A DNA stretch of 64,000 bases. Source: Octopus sinensis. Lineage: Eukaryota. Positions 36,976 through 49,560 of the stretch are shown in pieces. The notes below the pieces were generated by a model. It was not told the DNA's origin, ran no database searches, and worked only from the letters and a program-made list of their open reading frames with translations. The stretch covers positions 61,144,464 to 61,208,463 of the forward strand of contig NC_043011.1 of the NCBI RefSeq assembly GCF_006345805.1. Reading direction: 5' to 3'. Made by a program: the position numbers and the translations under genes. Position 1 is the first letter of the stretch. Each line of letters begins with the position of its first letter.

Positions 36976-37702
36976 AAGATGCATTCCAAAAGATTTGAGA
37001 ATCTTTCAGAAGAAACGTTTATTAATTTCAGTGAGGAACAAAACTTTAATCTCCTTCAGTGCAGAATCCTGCAACCACTTCATGAAAACTCATGAAAACA
37101 GAAGACCCCTAAAGTGAAGGTGACCAGGATATTATCACAGCCTTCTTCGTCTTCTCCTTCAGCACGGAGAACAAACAAAATTCACAGGGAGCAAGGTCTG
37201 GGCTGTAAGTACGTTGGGGAAGTGTTTTGATACAAGCCAGGATGGAATTGGGTACTGGTGCAATGACCTGGTGTTGGTGCCTCAGACCCGATTGGTTGAA
37301 TTCTTTCCTATTTTGATGAAATTCCCTCCAGAACTCCCTCACAACCGACACACAAACCGAAAAGGATATACTAGACTCATGCAAGTTAACCTCTAACCAG
37401 CCTCGACCATTTCATATGCTTTAGCAGAGTTTTTCCGAGATTGACACAAAACTTTATTACACAGTAAGGTTCCAAATTCTCTTTGCGTTTTGACATCATT
37501 CTGCAAATTATACAGTTGTGATAAAATGTTTACAAGGGTCTGTTCAAAATCCTGTTACTGCCGTCTCCTTCACTCTGGTATAACAAAAGTTGGTTAATCA
37601 GCTTATTAATTGTATAATAATGAGGGACTAAAATTACAATAATCTCAGACAGTTAACAATGCTTCTCCTAAAAAGAATCTCAAATGTTCTGGAATGCATG
37701 TC
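36976..37702 (-). mobile_element. Internally deleted mariner element
   Basis: TIRs atgcattccaaaagatttgaga / tctcaaatgttctggaatgcat. Remnant TLPQRTYSPDLAPCEFCLFSVLKEK carries the mariner YSPDLAP motif. Confidence 0.88.
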
Positions 37703-38789
37703 ATAAATATTCATTGATTTGAATAATTGCTAGAGTAATGGATGAAATACGTTTCGCTTTTTAAATATTTTCTAGGTTCGACTCCGGCCAGTGTTGAACT
37801 TGCCATCCTCCGTATTAGCGTGAACAAAGTAGTCAGCATTCAAATTATGAATTCTATGTAATAGTCTACAACTTACCCTTCAAAATAAATAAATAAATAA
37901 ATAATTGTGGCTTTTTGCCTATTTCACAAGTTATTTCATTTGTTCAGACTTTTGGTTAATATTATATATCACATTATTACAGAAATATCTGGCCGAGTAG
38001 AAAGTACTTTGCATTCTCAGTCGAGTGGTTTTTAGTTCATATATCAAGCATCGCCGACGCATTGTGCTTCTATGTCAAACATAAGATAAATCTATATTCC
38101 TCAGATAATATTTTAGGCTTCATCATTCACGAATATTTATTTCTATAGAAATATACTTATGTGCATACCCACATACATACGTATGTACATATATGTATGT
38201 ATGTGTGAATGTATGTATGTATGTATGTATGTATGTATGTATGTATGTATGTATGTATGTATGTATGTATGTATGTATGTATATATTTATGAATTACACA
38301 CACTCATATACCCACATACACATATATATAATATTATACCTGGGTGTATGTGTGTGTGTGTGTTTGGTGTGATGGCATTTTACTAATTATTCCCTGATGC
38401 GACTTGATCGTTATCCATGGTCTGAGAGTCTTAGGTTGGTGAAAGTGTCGACTTAAATAGTTATCGCTTCTTGTTCTAGGTATTTGCAGGAGTATGCGAA
38501 TAAAAGATTTTGAAATCTCTGGTACTGGAGACAGAAAGAGTATCAAAGTTTGCTGGAGGAAAGAAAATGCGTTGGAGGACAAGATAGTGAAAGGAACGGA
38601 AAGAGCGCCAAAGTGAAAGGAAATGAGGAAACGTGAAAATACGGATATATAAATGTAAATATAAATAGATGGAGACAGAGACAGGTAGAAAGAGAAAGTG
38701 AGATATATGCATAAGTGGAAGGGTGGATAGAGAGAGAGAGAGAGAGAGAGAGAAGGATAGATATATATATATAGAGAGAGAGATAGCTA

Positions 38790-38802
38790 GCTAGCTAGAT
38801 AA

Positions 38803-38833
<31 letters not shown>

Positions 38834-38834
38834 T

Positions 38835-38900
<66 letters not shown>

Positions 38901-38938
38901 GGATAGATAGATAGAGGGATAGATAGACAGATAGATAT

Positions 38939-38981
<43 letters not shown>

Positions 38982-38982
38982 T

Positions 38983-39055
<73 letters not shown>

Positions 39056-39060
39056 TAGAT
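38790..39060. repeat. (GATA)n microsatellite
   Basis: Direct inspection. Confidence 0.97.
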
Positions 39061-39547
39061 CTTTAATGAGATGCATCCATCTGTGAACACCGAAATATAT
39101 CTAAACTCACGCGCATTTAATAATGTTTCTGTCTTTCTGTAACCCTAATACGCACACACGCACGCACACATGTACTTACAAACTCTCACATATATGTATG
39201 TATGTATGTATATATATATATATATATATATATACACGTATATTTATATATACGTACATCCATACGCACACAATCAATGCCACATATGGATTCACATAAA
39301 ACAAATACATACAAACATACACACGCATATCGAAATAAAAACACAAATACACGTGATGTAACATATCATATATCACCCCCCCCCCCCCACACACACACAC
39401 GCAGATCTATATATACATAATATACAAGAAATATCTAGCATAAATACGCACCGAATTCTACATTTCCCATTATTTATGACCCGTAAATACCACAGCAATA
39501 TAGTGATGAAACGTAAACACAAAGATAAGGTTATTGTCCAACTAATC

Positions 39548-39564
39548 TTTATATATATGTATAT

Positions 39565-39602
<38 letters not shown>

Positions 39603-39617
39603 TATGTATGCATGTAT

Positions 39618-39649
<32 letters not shown>

Positions 39650-39779
39650 ATATATATGTATATATATATATGTATATATATGTATATATATGTATGTGTA
39701 TATATATTTATATATATATATACATACGCGCACACACACGCACACTCATATATATATATATTTGCATATATATATTTGC

Positions 39780-39810
<31 letters not shown>

Positions 39811-39909
39811 CATATATACATATGTACAGACACACACGCAGACATATATATATATATAAGTATATGAATATATATATACGTACGCACACATACATATATG
39901 TATGTATAT

Positions 39910-39984
<75 letters not shown>

Positions 39985-40440
39985 CATCCGCGCGCGCGCA
40001 CACACACACACTCATATATATATATATATATAGATTCTATTTAGCATTGATTCTAGCATCCGAAGTCTTTGGATGTTATTGACCAGCCGTCCGCAATACT
40101 GTTTTGTTGATGGAGCTGAATATATCCCACTGTACATATCGGAGGTCGCGCAATATTTATGGAACGAGAGAAAACAGGAAGGAGATGATATATATTCTAG
40201 AAAACCGTATCGGAAATAGTGTGAAGTACGGGTAAATATACATACATGTACACAAGCGTGCCAATATATACGGGCTTGAAGTGATGCATACATCTGTGAA
40301 GAGACAGAAAGGCACAAAGTAAAACGAAGACATGTGCATATCCACACACATGCACATACATTTAAACAATCCTACATGTACCAAATATATATGTCTCTAT
40401 GTGTGTTTGTATGTGTGCATAAATCTCTGTTTCTCGTTGT

Positions 40441-40495
<55 letters not shown>

Positions 40496-40765
40496 TCTTT
40501 TATTCTTTTATTATCGTGCTATCCCCAAAAAATCGATGTCTGTTTCATTCTTTTGTCTAACATATATATATATATATATTATATATATATATATATTATA
40601 TATATATATATAATATATATAATATATTATATATATATAATATATATAATATATTATATATATATATATTATATAATATATATATATATATATTTTTTTT
40701 TTTTTAATTTTATTTTATCTAGTTTCAGCTCACGAGCTGTGGCCATGCTGGGGCACCGCCATATA

Positions 40766-40832
<67 letters not shown>

Positions 40833-40856
40833 ATATATATATATATATATATATAT
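39548..40856. repeat. Large (TA)n-rich field with small inserted fragments
   Basis: Direct inspection. Confidence 0.9.
40693..40760 (-). mobile_element. Isolated LINE 3' tail stem-loop with A-rich end, inserted in (TA)n
   Basis: Minus strand GGCGGTGCCCCAGCATGGCCACAGCTCGTGAGCTGAAACTAGATAAAATAAAATT(A)n. Confidence 0.85.
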
Positions 40857-41690
40857 TGTTGCTTTAAGGTGTTGGCAGTCAATGAGGAGACCGGGACAGG
40901 CTGATAAAAATTGATGAACATGAAACATGTCTGAAATCGTCACGACGACTCTCAGCTCTCATCCCTCTCCTGCTCATAGCACATGTTTATTATTGGCTGG
41001 TTGAAATTAAAGAAATTCTCTCCGCCCCTTTTCGGACTGTATTTTCCATTAACGGTAAGGAATATCTCATCAATGAACGCGTTTTTTTTTTGTTCCCTTC
41101 ACCTTCACCCTGTCGGTCAAATATGTGTCTTACGATGCAAAATTTATATGAAATAGCTAGAAATTAATTGTATAATTTTATGCTTATTTAGTTTTGCGTT
41201 CATTAAGAGTGAATATGTTCTCGAAATAATTATTTCCTCTCTTCAGAGATACGAAATTTAACTTTATGCTTCTTTGTGTATTACATTACTGACGAAGGGC
41301 AATTTAAACAAATCGAAGCAGAATTCATAAGATGATGAGCTGGCCGAATCTTTGGCAAGTCGGACACAAGGCCTGGCCGTATTTTCTTCTGGTTCTGTAG
41401 GCTGTGATTGCAAATCTCTTTGAGAACAGCAGAGTTGAGAATAGAAGAGTTCGTAAAATAAAGTAGTAGTCAAATACTGGGGTTGAATGCCATTGATTTG
41501 TGAGGGGAATGTTGTATTTGCACTCACTGATACGCCACGCAAACCGAATAACAACCCTTATGAATCCTAGGGCTCACGAAAAAAGCGCAACGCATGTTTC
41601 CTCCCTTTGTTATATGTGTGTGAATCGAACAATATGTATACATAGGTACATACACACACACACTCACACACTCACACACATATACAAATA

Positions 41691-42378
41691 TACGAGTGAT
41701 GGCGGATAGCTGAAAAGTTTATAGGCTAAGATCTTCTCATGTAATGTGACCAAATGAGGCTTATTTTTCAGCATAGTCCCCTTGTGGTCCACACACATCT
41801 TCCCCAAATGCCGAGGCCTTCACCTTCTGTTCGTATGAAACGACCTTGGCATCTTTTGGAGCAGGTGAGAAGGAGACTTTCCAGTTTGGATTATTGTTCT
41901 CTGGTTGAAATGATGAACCCAAAATTCATACCGGTTTAGGAAACACTCAAGGATCTGCCTTACTCAATATCAGCTTTTCCCGTGATGTGATCAACCTGGC
42001 GCTCTGCTGATCAGGTGTCAGACAACGTGGCACCCACCGAGCAGAAAAGTTCGTTATGCCAAGTCCGTTGCGTAGAATATTCTGAACTTGGTCACGAGGT
42101 AAACTAATAGCATTGGCTATTTGGTTTATAACCAATCGCATGTCATCCATCACCATTTGGTGAACACGATCAATATTTTCCTCGTCAGAAGCAGTTGCAA
42201 GACGTCCAGACCTTGGGTTATATTCAAGACTCTTCCCCCCCGTTCTACACCTGAATTCAGTTGTTCACCTTTGCACTCTTGACAAAGCTGGAGCGTCATC
42301 ACCTACAGTAGCAAGTATATCAACATGAATATCCTTGATAACACCACAATGCCAAATTTTGCCCAATTTTCAAGAGAG
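41691..42378 (-). mobile_element. Internally deleted mariner transposase pseudogene
   Basis: PRSGRLATASDEENIDRVHQMVMDD...FSARWVPRCLTPDQ (mariner WVPxxL motif). The sequence jumps to the C-terminal GDYAEK* without the catalytic core. TIR-like end at 41691-41727. Confidence 0.92.
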
Positions 42379-43112
42379 GTTGTTACCTTCTGAGTTCAAA
42401 TTGCGCCCACGTCGACTTTGCCTATCACCTTTCACGATCGTTAAAATAAGTACCAGCTGGACATTGGAGTCAAAGCAAACGACTAATCTCCTCCCAGAAA
42501 TCAATGGCCTTGTGCCAAATTTTGACACCAACATTAACGGAGAGGATATTTCAGAAAAAAGCTGTATTTCTCAATTTGTATGTTCAGCTTGCGTTCCATT
42601 GATGGAAATATCGACTCCTTTCTATTATTTATTTAATGAAAAGGTTAGTGTAACAAGGAATGCGTATCGACGGTTCATTCGATTATCTATAGGATTGATT
42701 TCTTTCTAATTTGTTTTCCTTGAATTTGATTCCTCCTTTTTTTTCTTCCATACATTATTGACACTAATTTGATTGCTAAAAGAAACTGCAACTCTGAAAT
42801 GATATGAAGTGGGATTATTAAATCGACTTTAGAAGCATTTGTAACTACAACGAGGCACACATAAAAGGATTGAGAAGTGAAGACATATAAATGGTTTGTA
42901 CACTGAGAGCGGAGCAAATGTAAATACGATGACAATATACTCTTTAGGTTCACTGTTATGTTACTCGTGCGTCAACTAGAATTGATGGGAAATATTTGAA
43001 AGAAAATCCGGAGGTTTACTTGTTCGGTAAGCTGATTTGAGACCGCTTTTTTTCACTGAATGCATTGCATGACAATAGAATAGCACCCAGGGAGCCATAA
43101 CACACACCAATT

Positions 43113-43218
<106 letters not shown>

Positions 43219-43219
43219 T

Positions 43220-43395
43220 AGTTGAAATTTATAGAAAGACAAAATACGAAGACATATGTATGAACAACAAGCAAGCAAGCAAGTGTATTATTTCGACACA
43301 CGGGAAAATAAAGGTATTTTACGTTTCGAGCCTACACTCTTCAACAGAAAAGATTAAAAGAAAATAAACAGAGAAAATTTTAAAAAATCTCGTTT
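43220..43395 (-). mobile_element. Short HHR-like repeat (family H1)
   Basis: Minus strand TTTT-CTGTTGAA-GAGT(gtag)GCTC-GAAACGT-AAAA at 43317-43351. Confidence 0.65.
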
Positions 43396-43434
43396 ATTTC
43401 AGCAGTCCAGCATGGCGAATATATATATATATAT

Positions 43435-43748
43435 ACGTAGGTGTGGATGTGTGGTAAGTAGTTTCCTCCAACTACATGATTCCGGGTTCAGTCCCGCGGG
43501 ACACCTTGGGCAAGTGTCTTCTACTATAGCTCCGGTCACCCACAGTCGTGTAAGTGGATTTGGTTGACGGAAATGAAAGGAGCCCATTCAATACCCTAGC
43601 GCGCCTGTGTGAATGCGTGTGGGATTATCCACGTAACTTAGCGGTTCGGCAAAATGACCGACGGAATAAATATCAAGCTAAGTCGATTCGGTGCCCCAAG
43701 TGGTCACAATCTAATGACTGAAATAAATGAAAGATTAAAATAAAGAAA
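43435..43748 (+). mobile_element. SINE family B, internally deleted, with CR1-type tail
   Basis: Head gtgtggtaagtag...gggttcagtccc, core caccttgggcaagtgtcttct, tail cggtgcccc...gactgaaat. Confidence 0.8.
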
Positions 43749-44374
43749 GTACAAACATACACAGTTATGTCCACATTAGGTACATTTCGTGATAGAAGTA
43801 ATGAGGCAGAAAATATCAAACAGCTTGAAGCTACATCAAAGACTTCCTCATCCACAAAATTCTACTGAATAAATTATTAAGCGATTTTCATTTTCCAGTT
43901 TTCAAGACAAATATTTAATGAAAACAAATGACGCTTGAAAACCTGAGAATTCATGTAAGTTTTTCAGAGCTAACAAAATATTCATGAATTTAGAATTGAA
44001 ATAATTTTTCATACATACACATACGTACACACATATACTTATATACAGTTGCACAAAATATATATGACTAAACAGACTCGAAAATGGCTGGTGTTGGTCG
44101 CCGGCAGTAAGACTTATTTTGTAAAATGAATTTGCGTGAGCATCGGATAGAAGTCTTCTTCATAAAATACTGAAAGGTGAGAAATGAATGAAATGCACAG
44201 AGTTTTACACCCTCAATGTTATAAAATACGATTATGAATTTAAAGTAACAAATATAATATCAATCTATGATTAATATCAAATTGATAACTGTGGTGGTAT
44301 ATTTAATCTGTGATCTCGTTCAACGCCACCTGGTGGTGTTTATGTGTCTTTGAACACTTTATTTATTTATAACA

Positions 44375-44570
44375 CTTTTCAGTTATCAGACTTCAGCCTT
44401 GAAGAATTTTTTAGTCGAATGGCTCGACTCCAGGATAATTTTTAAGCGTGGTACTTGTATTATCAATCCCTTTTACCGAACGGCTAGGTTACGAAGATAT
44501 AAGTACATCAACACCGGTTGTCAAGCGGTGGCGTGGGACAAACACAGACACAAAGACACACACATATAGG
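44375..44570 (-). mobile_element. SINE family B, 3' half
   Basis: acaccggttgtcaagcggtgg...gggacaaacacagacacaaag is the reverse complement of the family B body. Confidence 0.7.
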
Positions 44571-44609
<39 letters not shown>

Positions 44610-44652
44610 CTATATATATATATATATATATATAGATCAATAAATGGTGGGG

Positions 44653-44710
<58 letters not shown>

Positions 44711-45029
44711 TATATATATATATATGTATATATATATTATATATATATATATATTATATATATATATATATTATATGTATATATATACATATATATATAC
44801 ATATATATATATATTAAAAATGTGTAGAGATAACACACGAGTATTAAAATTGAACTCAACAGGACTTGAACTCGAAGCGCAAAGAGCAGTAAATGAATCC
44901 ACTCACTATTGGATTACTGAATTACTCCTACTCCTCATAGCAACGATGTCGATATTTATGATGACATTGATGAAACACACCGTGCCAGAGCCGCAGTGAG
45001 AACGTAATTCCTTTAGTAAGAGGTAGTGT

Positions 45030-45141
45030 GAAGGAGTGAGTGAGAGAGAGAGAGAGAATGAGAGAAGGAGAGATGTGCGTGTGAAAGAGATAAAAGCAGA
45101 GAGAGAATGTGCGTGTGTGTGAGAGAGAGGACGTATGTGTG

Positions 45142-45183
<42 letters not shown>

Positions 45184-45360
45184 TGCGTGTGAGAGAAGGA
45201 GAGCATGTTCGTGTGTTTAAGAGAGAACGAGAGAGAATGTACGTGCGTGTGTGTGTGAGAGAGAGAGAGAGGATTTGTGTATGAGAGAGAGAGACAAAGA
45301 GAGAGAATGTGTGTATGAGAGAGGGAAAGTGAGAGAAAAAGAGAGAGAGACAGACAGAAA
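45030..45360. repeat. Degenerate minisatellite, unit about (GA)n-ATGTGCGTGT
   Basis: Recurring gagagagaatgtgcgtgt. Confidence 0.8.
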
Positions 45361-46289
45361 TTCAGAGTAAGAGAGTTAGGGTGATGATTAATTCTTGTAC
45401 TTAACTCGGACTGTGATTTATTGTACCCAGGAGGCTGAAATACAAAGAGGACCTCCGAGGTATGTGAACCCGGAACGCAAGGCAATAGTGATTCTCTTAA
45501 CTTCCCTGATTAAGCCATGCGAAAATAATTACGATTTATAAACAATTCTAAAAGTAGACGTTTTTCCGAACGAATCTCCTTTTCTCGTCTCAGGTAATTG
45601 TAATGACAAAAGTTTTAATTAAAGCAGTTCATCACCACGAAGGAAATATTAATTGAAACGTAATACGAGTGATTAAATCGTCTGTCTCTGCTCTCATCTC
45701 TTATCTATTCTGATATTCTTTTATTCCTCTATATGTTTCAGCACAAAGACTGTGGCCATGCTGGAGCATAAATATCGTTAATTATCTGACAAGTATTAAA
45801 TTGATAACTATGATTACGTATAGAATAATGTGTTTAATCTATTAGTTCTATGACAAGAGATAAATTGATAATTTTGATTACATAATCCATCGTCCTGTTT
45901 GATACCACCAGTTGGTCGTTGTGTGTCTTGAACAGACGACACAGGCCTATGGTCTAGCTTTTCAATATTTTATTCATTTACAACAAAGAAACGATTCGTC
46001 AACAAACGAATCCCTACGTGGTTACTCCAAAGATCACCACATGCCCCCCCCCCCTCAGAGGTACTACCCTACCCCATCACTCTATGAGCACCTTCTTCCC
46101 TTATCCTCTACTTACTTGATCTGCTAGCATTAACTGCCAAATTTTAGTATCGAGTTTCAACCTGCTATTTTAAACAGGGAAGTCAACATTAGACAATGTG
46201 CTAAATGGGTTCCTACAAAACCCGAAATCTATTCATAAAAACATTAGGATTTTTCTTATTCAATTTGTATTAAACCAACATTAATGTTG

Positions 46290-46510
46290 CGAAGGCGGTG
46301 ACATAGCAGAAGTGTTAGCATGCCGGGCAAAATGATTAACAACATTTCGTCGGTCTCTATGTTGTGAGTTCAAATCTCGCCGAGGTGGACTTTGCCTTTA
46401 ACCTTTTCGGCATCGCTAAAATATGTACCATTTGAGAAGAGGGTCAACGTAATCAATTTACCCCTTCCCTACAACTGCTAGCCTGGTGCCAGAATTTGAA
46501 ACCAATATCA
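46290..46510 (+). mobile_element. SINE family A-related copy
   Basis: aaggcggtgacatagcagaagtgttagcatgccgggc...gagttcaaatctcgccgaggtggactttgcc. Confidence 0.75.
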
Positions 46511-48034
46511 ATGGCGTTTCGGATGATCCATACGGAATCAGTGCTGATCCTGTAAATCTATGATCAAGGACGTTCCAGCCATAAACATCTTGTTTATTGC
46601 TTGACACAACCTACGTCACATTATAGCCATCGCTTTTTTTGTTTTACTTATTAGGTTTAGTATAAGAGCGATACCCTGTACCTGCTCAGGCCCTCCTACA
46701 TCGCTGAGAGACCATTAATGTTTCTCTTGACACACTGTCAGTCACTATCTGCAGGGTAGGTTATTTTAACAGTCAGCTTCTTGGCAAGGAAGTCTTGAGA
46801 TCAAGATTAATGCAGGCTCTGGTGAGATTGGCTGCAACAAAAGTGAAAGGAGAAGCCAGGTGGCAATACCTGATTGAAGATAGTTCCTGCCACACTTAGG
46901 TCTCAGTTTACTATCACCATTATAATGGATTCAGTTCTGATGTGATCTGGTCAAACACAGTAGCTATAGAAAAAATATACAGCTCACTTATTGGCCAGAG
47001 GCTGAAGCGTGTCTTCTATTTCTGGCGTGACCTAAGAGTGAATTGGCTGCTATTTTCACAGGTCAGAATCGCCATGCAAAAGTAGCCAACAGGAACGGGT
47101 TGGCAGAAATGGAAAACAGTCGAACAAAACAGCTTATGAATTCAAAGCCGCCGGGATTGACTTTGCGTTTGTATTCCCGAAGTCAATAATATACTGTACC
47201 AGTCAAGTATTGGATCAATATACAGGATAAATTGTATTTTCTCAAATTTAAAACCTTGTGTCAATTATGGAAATCAATATTATTCAAATTTTAACAAGAA
47301 TTAAGACAGTAATGAAAACAAATAGCGATGTGCCTAGTTGACAGGAATCACTACTAATAACCGGTGTAATTATGATGAGACTGATAGAAAATATCTTTCT
47401 TATATGTCTTATATTGCTACATTCAGCAAATAGCAGTTATTCGTGGTCTGCAATATTTGGATGGAGAGACGGAAGAATTTCAAAATATCTAATAAATGCT
47501 ACATGTGTTACATTCCTCTGGGAATCTGACCAACTACCACTCATATATCACCAAGAAGCAATATAGCGATGAAAATGAAAATCTTAATGAAATTTCCACC
47601 TGAAAGATTGGCATAAATCAGGCTGAGTTTTGCTCAAAGATAATTTTTATTTTTCTTGACGGAATAACTAAGCAGACAACGCAATCTTCCGTTTCAATTA
47701 TTGACAAAGGAAACTGACAGTCGTTTCTACTCCATAATTATTGATTTCTAATGCAGATACAAAGTCATATATTTTGAGGTGGGTGAGTATACTTCCTCCT
47801 ATCTAAACTATTATTTTGACTGGTGCATAGACTTTATAAAGATGAAATACTAACGTGACCTTGGAGGGATTCGAAATTGGTATGAAACGAGTTACAGCAG
47901 GGCTATTGGTCCTTCAGGCAATTCATTTTCCTTCCTACCCGGTATTTATTAATTTCTTGCATTGATACAATTCACACCACAAATTTGAGTCTAAATGAGT
48001 CGCAGATGTATAAAATGCAAGATTAACTTGAGCA

Positions 48035-48205
48035 ATATTTACATTATTTAAATTATTTAAATTATTTACATCTGACGCATATTTGTGCTCATCTTGTTTG
48101 TTGTTAACACAACGTTTCGGCTGATACACCCTCTAGCCTTCATCAGGTGTTTTCAGGGGAAATTTCAAAAATGGGTTCTCATTCCTAAGGTATTTTTCAA
48201 TATTG
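48035..48205 (-). mobile_element. HHR-bearing repeat (family H3), minus copy
   Basis: AACAC-CTGATGA-A-GGCTA(gagggtgtat)CAGCC-GAAA-CG-TT-GTGTT at 48106-48151. Core intact. Confidence 0.85.
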
Positions 48206-48211
48206 ATGTTG

Positions 48212-48253
<42 letters not shown>

Positions 48254-48395
48254 TATTATTATTATTATTATTATTATTATCGTTATTATTATTATTATTA
48301 TATTATTATTATTATTATTATTATTATTTTTAATATTATTTTTTTAATAATAAAAATAAAAATAATAATAATAATAGTAATTATTATTATTATTA

Positions 48396-48429
<34 letters not shown>

Positions 48430-48461
48430 GATGATTTTATGTGCAGTTATATATGTTATTA

Positions 48462-48682
48462 TTAACAACATCGAAAAACACCTTAGGAATGAGAAAACAG
48501 ATTCAGAATTTCCCCAAGACACCTGATGAAGGCTGGAGTGTATATCAGCCGAAACGTTGTGTTAACAACAAACAACATGAGGATAACTATCCATCAAATG
48601 TAAATAATGTAAATAAAGTAAATAATGTAAATAATGTAAATAATGTACATAAATCCTCATCTCTTAAATATAGAACTGCATT
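48462..48682 (+). mobile_element. HHR-bearing repeat (family H3), plus copy
   Basis: GACAC-CTGATGA-A-GGCTG(gagtgtatat)CAGCC-GAAA-CG-TT-GTGTT at 48518-48563, followed by a (AATGTAAAT)n array. Confidence 0.88.
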
Positions 48683-48789
48683 AACATAAGCAAGATTCGA
48701 AACTGGAACATATGTAATTGCAACAATGCCGCAAGGACTTTTGATTAAGCTGCTGCATTTCTGGCCATTCATGGTTCATCTTATTCTAT

Positions 48790-49050
48790 TCATGGTTCTT
48801 GGATTAGTGTTAAAGGCATTCGACTCACGGCCGTACAGTCCTAAGTTCGATGTCCGGCGTTGTGTCCACGTTGTTACAGTGCGTTCGGTTGGCAAAAATG
48901 AATGCTGAATCTCTGTGGGAACTAAGTTAAAAGTACGCGTTACTGTGAAGTGCTCAGCCATTTGCATGTTTGTTCCACGAGTAGGATGTTCCGTTGATCG
49001 GATCGACATGAAAACACATCGTCGTAACAGACGTAGAAACCAGTTTTCTT
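48790..49050 (+). mobile_element. SINE family C, diverged
   Basis: ggcattcgactcacg...aagttcgatgtccggcgttgtgtcc...tgctcagccatttgca...catcgtcgtaac. Confidence 0.75.
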
Positions 49051-49108
49051 TATACGCACACACACACGCACGCACGCACGCACGCACACACATGTATATA
49101 AATATATA

Positions 49109-49179
<71 letters not shown>

Positions 49180-49204
49180 ATATATGTGTGTGTGTATATA
49201 TATA

Positions 49205-49560
49205 TATTTTTTTTTATATTGTTATATTGTTATATTTGGGATGGTTACTTTTTTCCTGCCAAATAAACACGCACTATATATTCTTTATACACTCGTTTAT
49301 TACTGTTCTTATTTTATCCTATGTCTGTTTTCTAGAAATCTTTCGGCACACATCTGTCACCTCTACAGCGACCCTTTCCGTCTACGTGTGTTCTCCTGCT
49401 TTGCTTAATCCATCCTTCCGATTAAACAGAGCAAAATGACGCACGTAAACGCAAAGTGTCGCTGAAGAGGTCACAGACGTGCGACGAAGGTTTTCCGGAC
49501 AAAAGACTTAAGATAAAACGAGAACGGTAATAAGCGCAAGGAAAGTAGATATATAAATAT
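49205..49560. mobile_element. Head-to-head inverted pair of family H2 HHR-bearing repeats
   Basis: Minus motif CTGTAGA-G-GTGACA(gatg)TGTGCC-GAAA-gatttc at 49332-49371. Plus motif CTGAAGA-G-GTCACA(gacg)TGCGAC-GAAG-gttttc-cgg at 49458-49500. Axis near 49410-49420. Confidence 0.7.
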
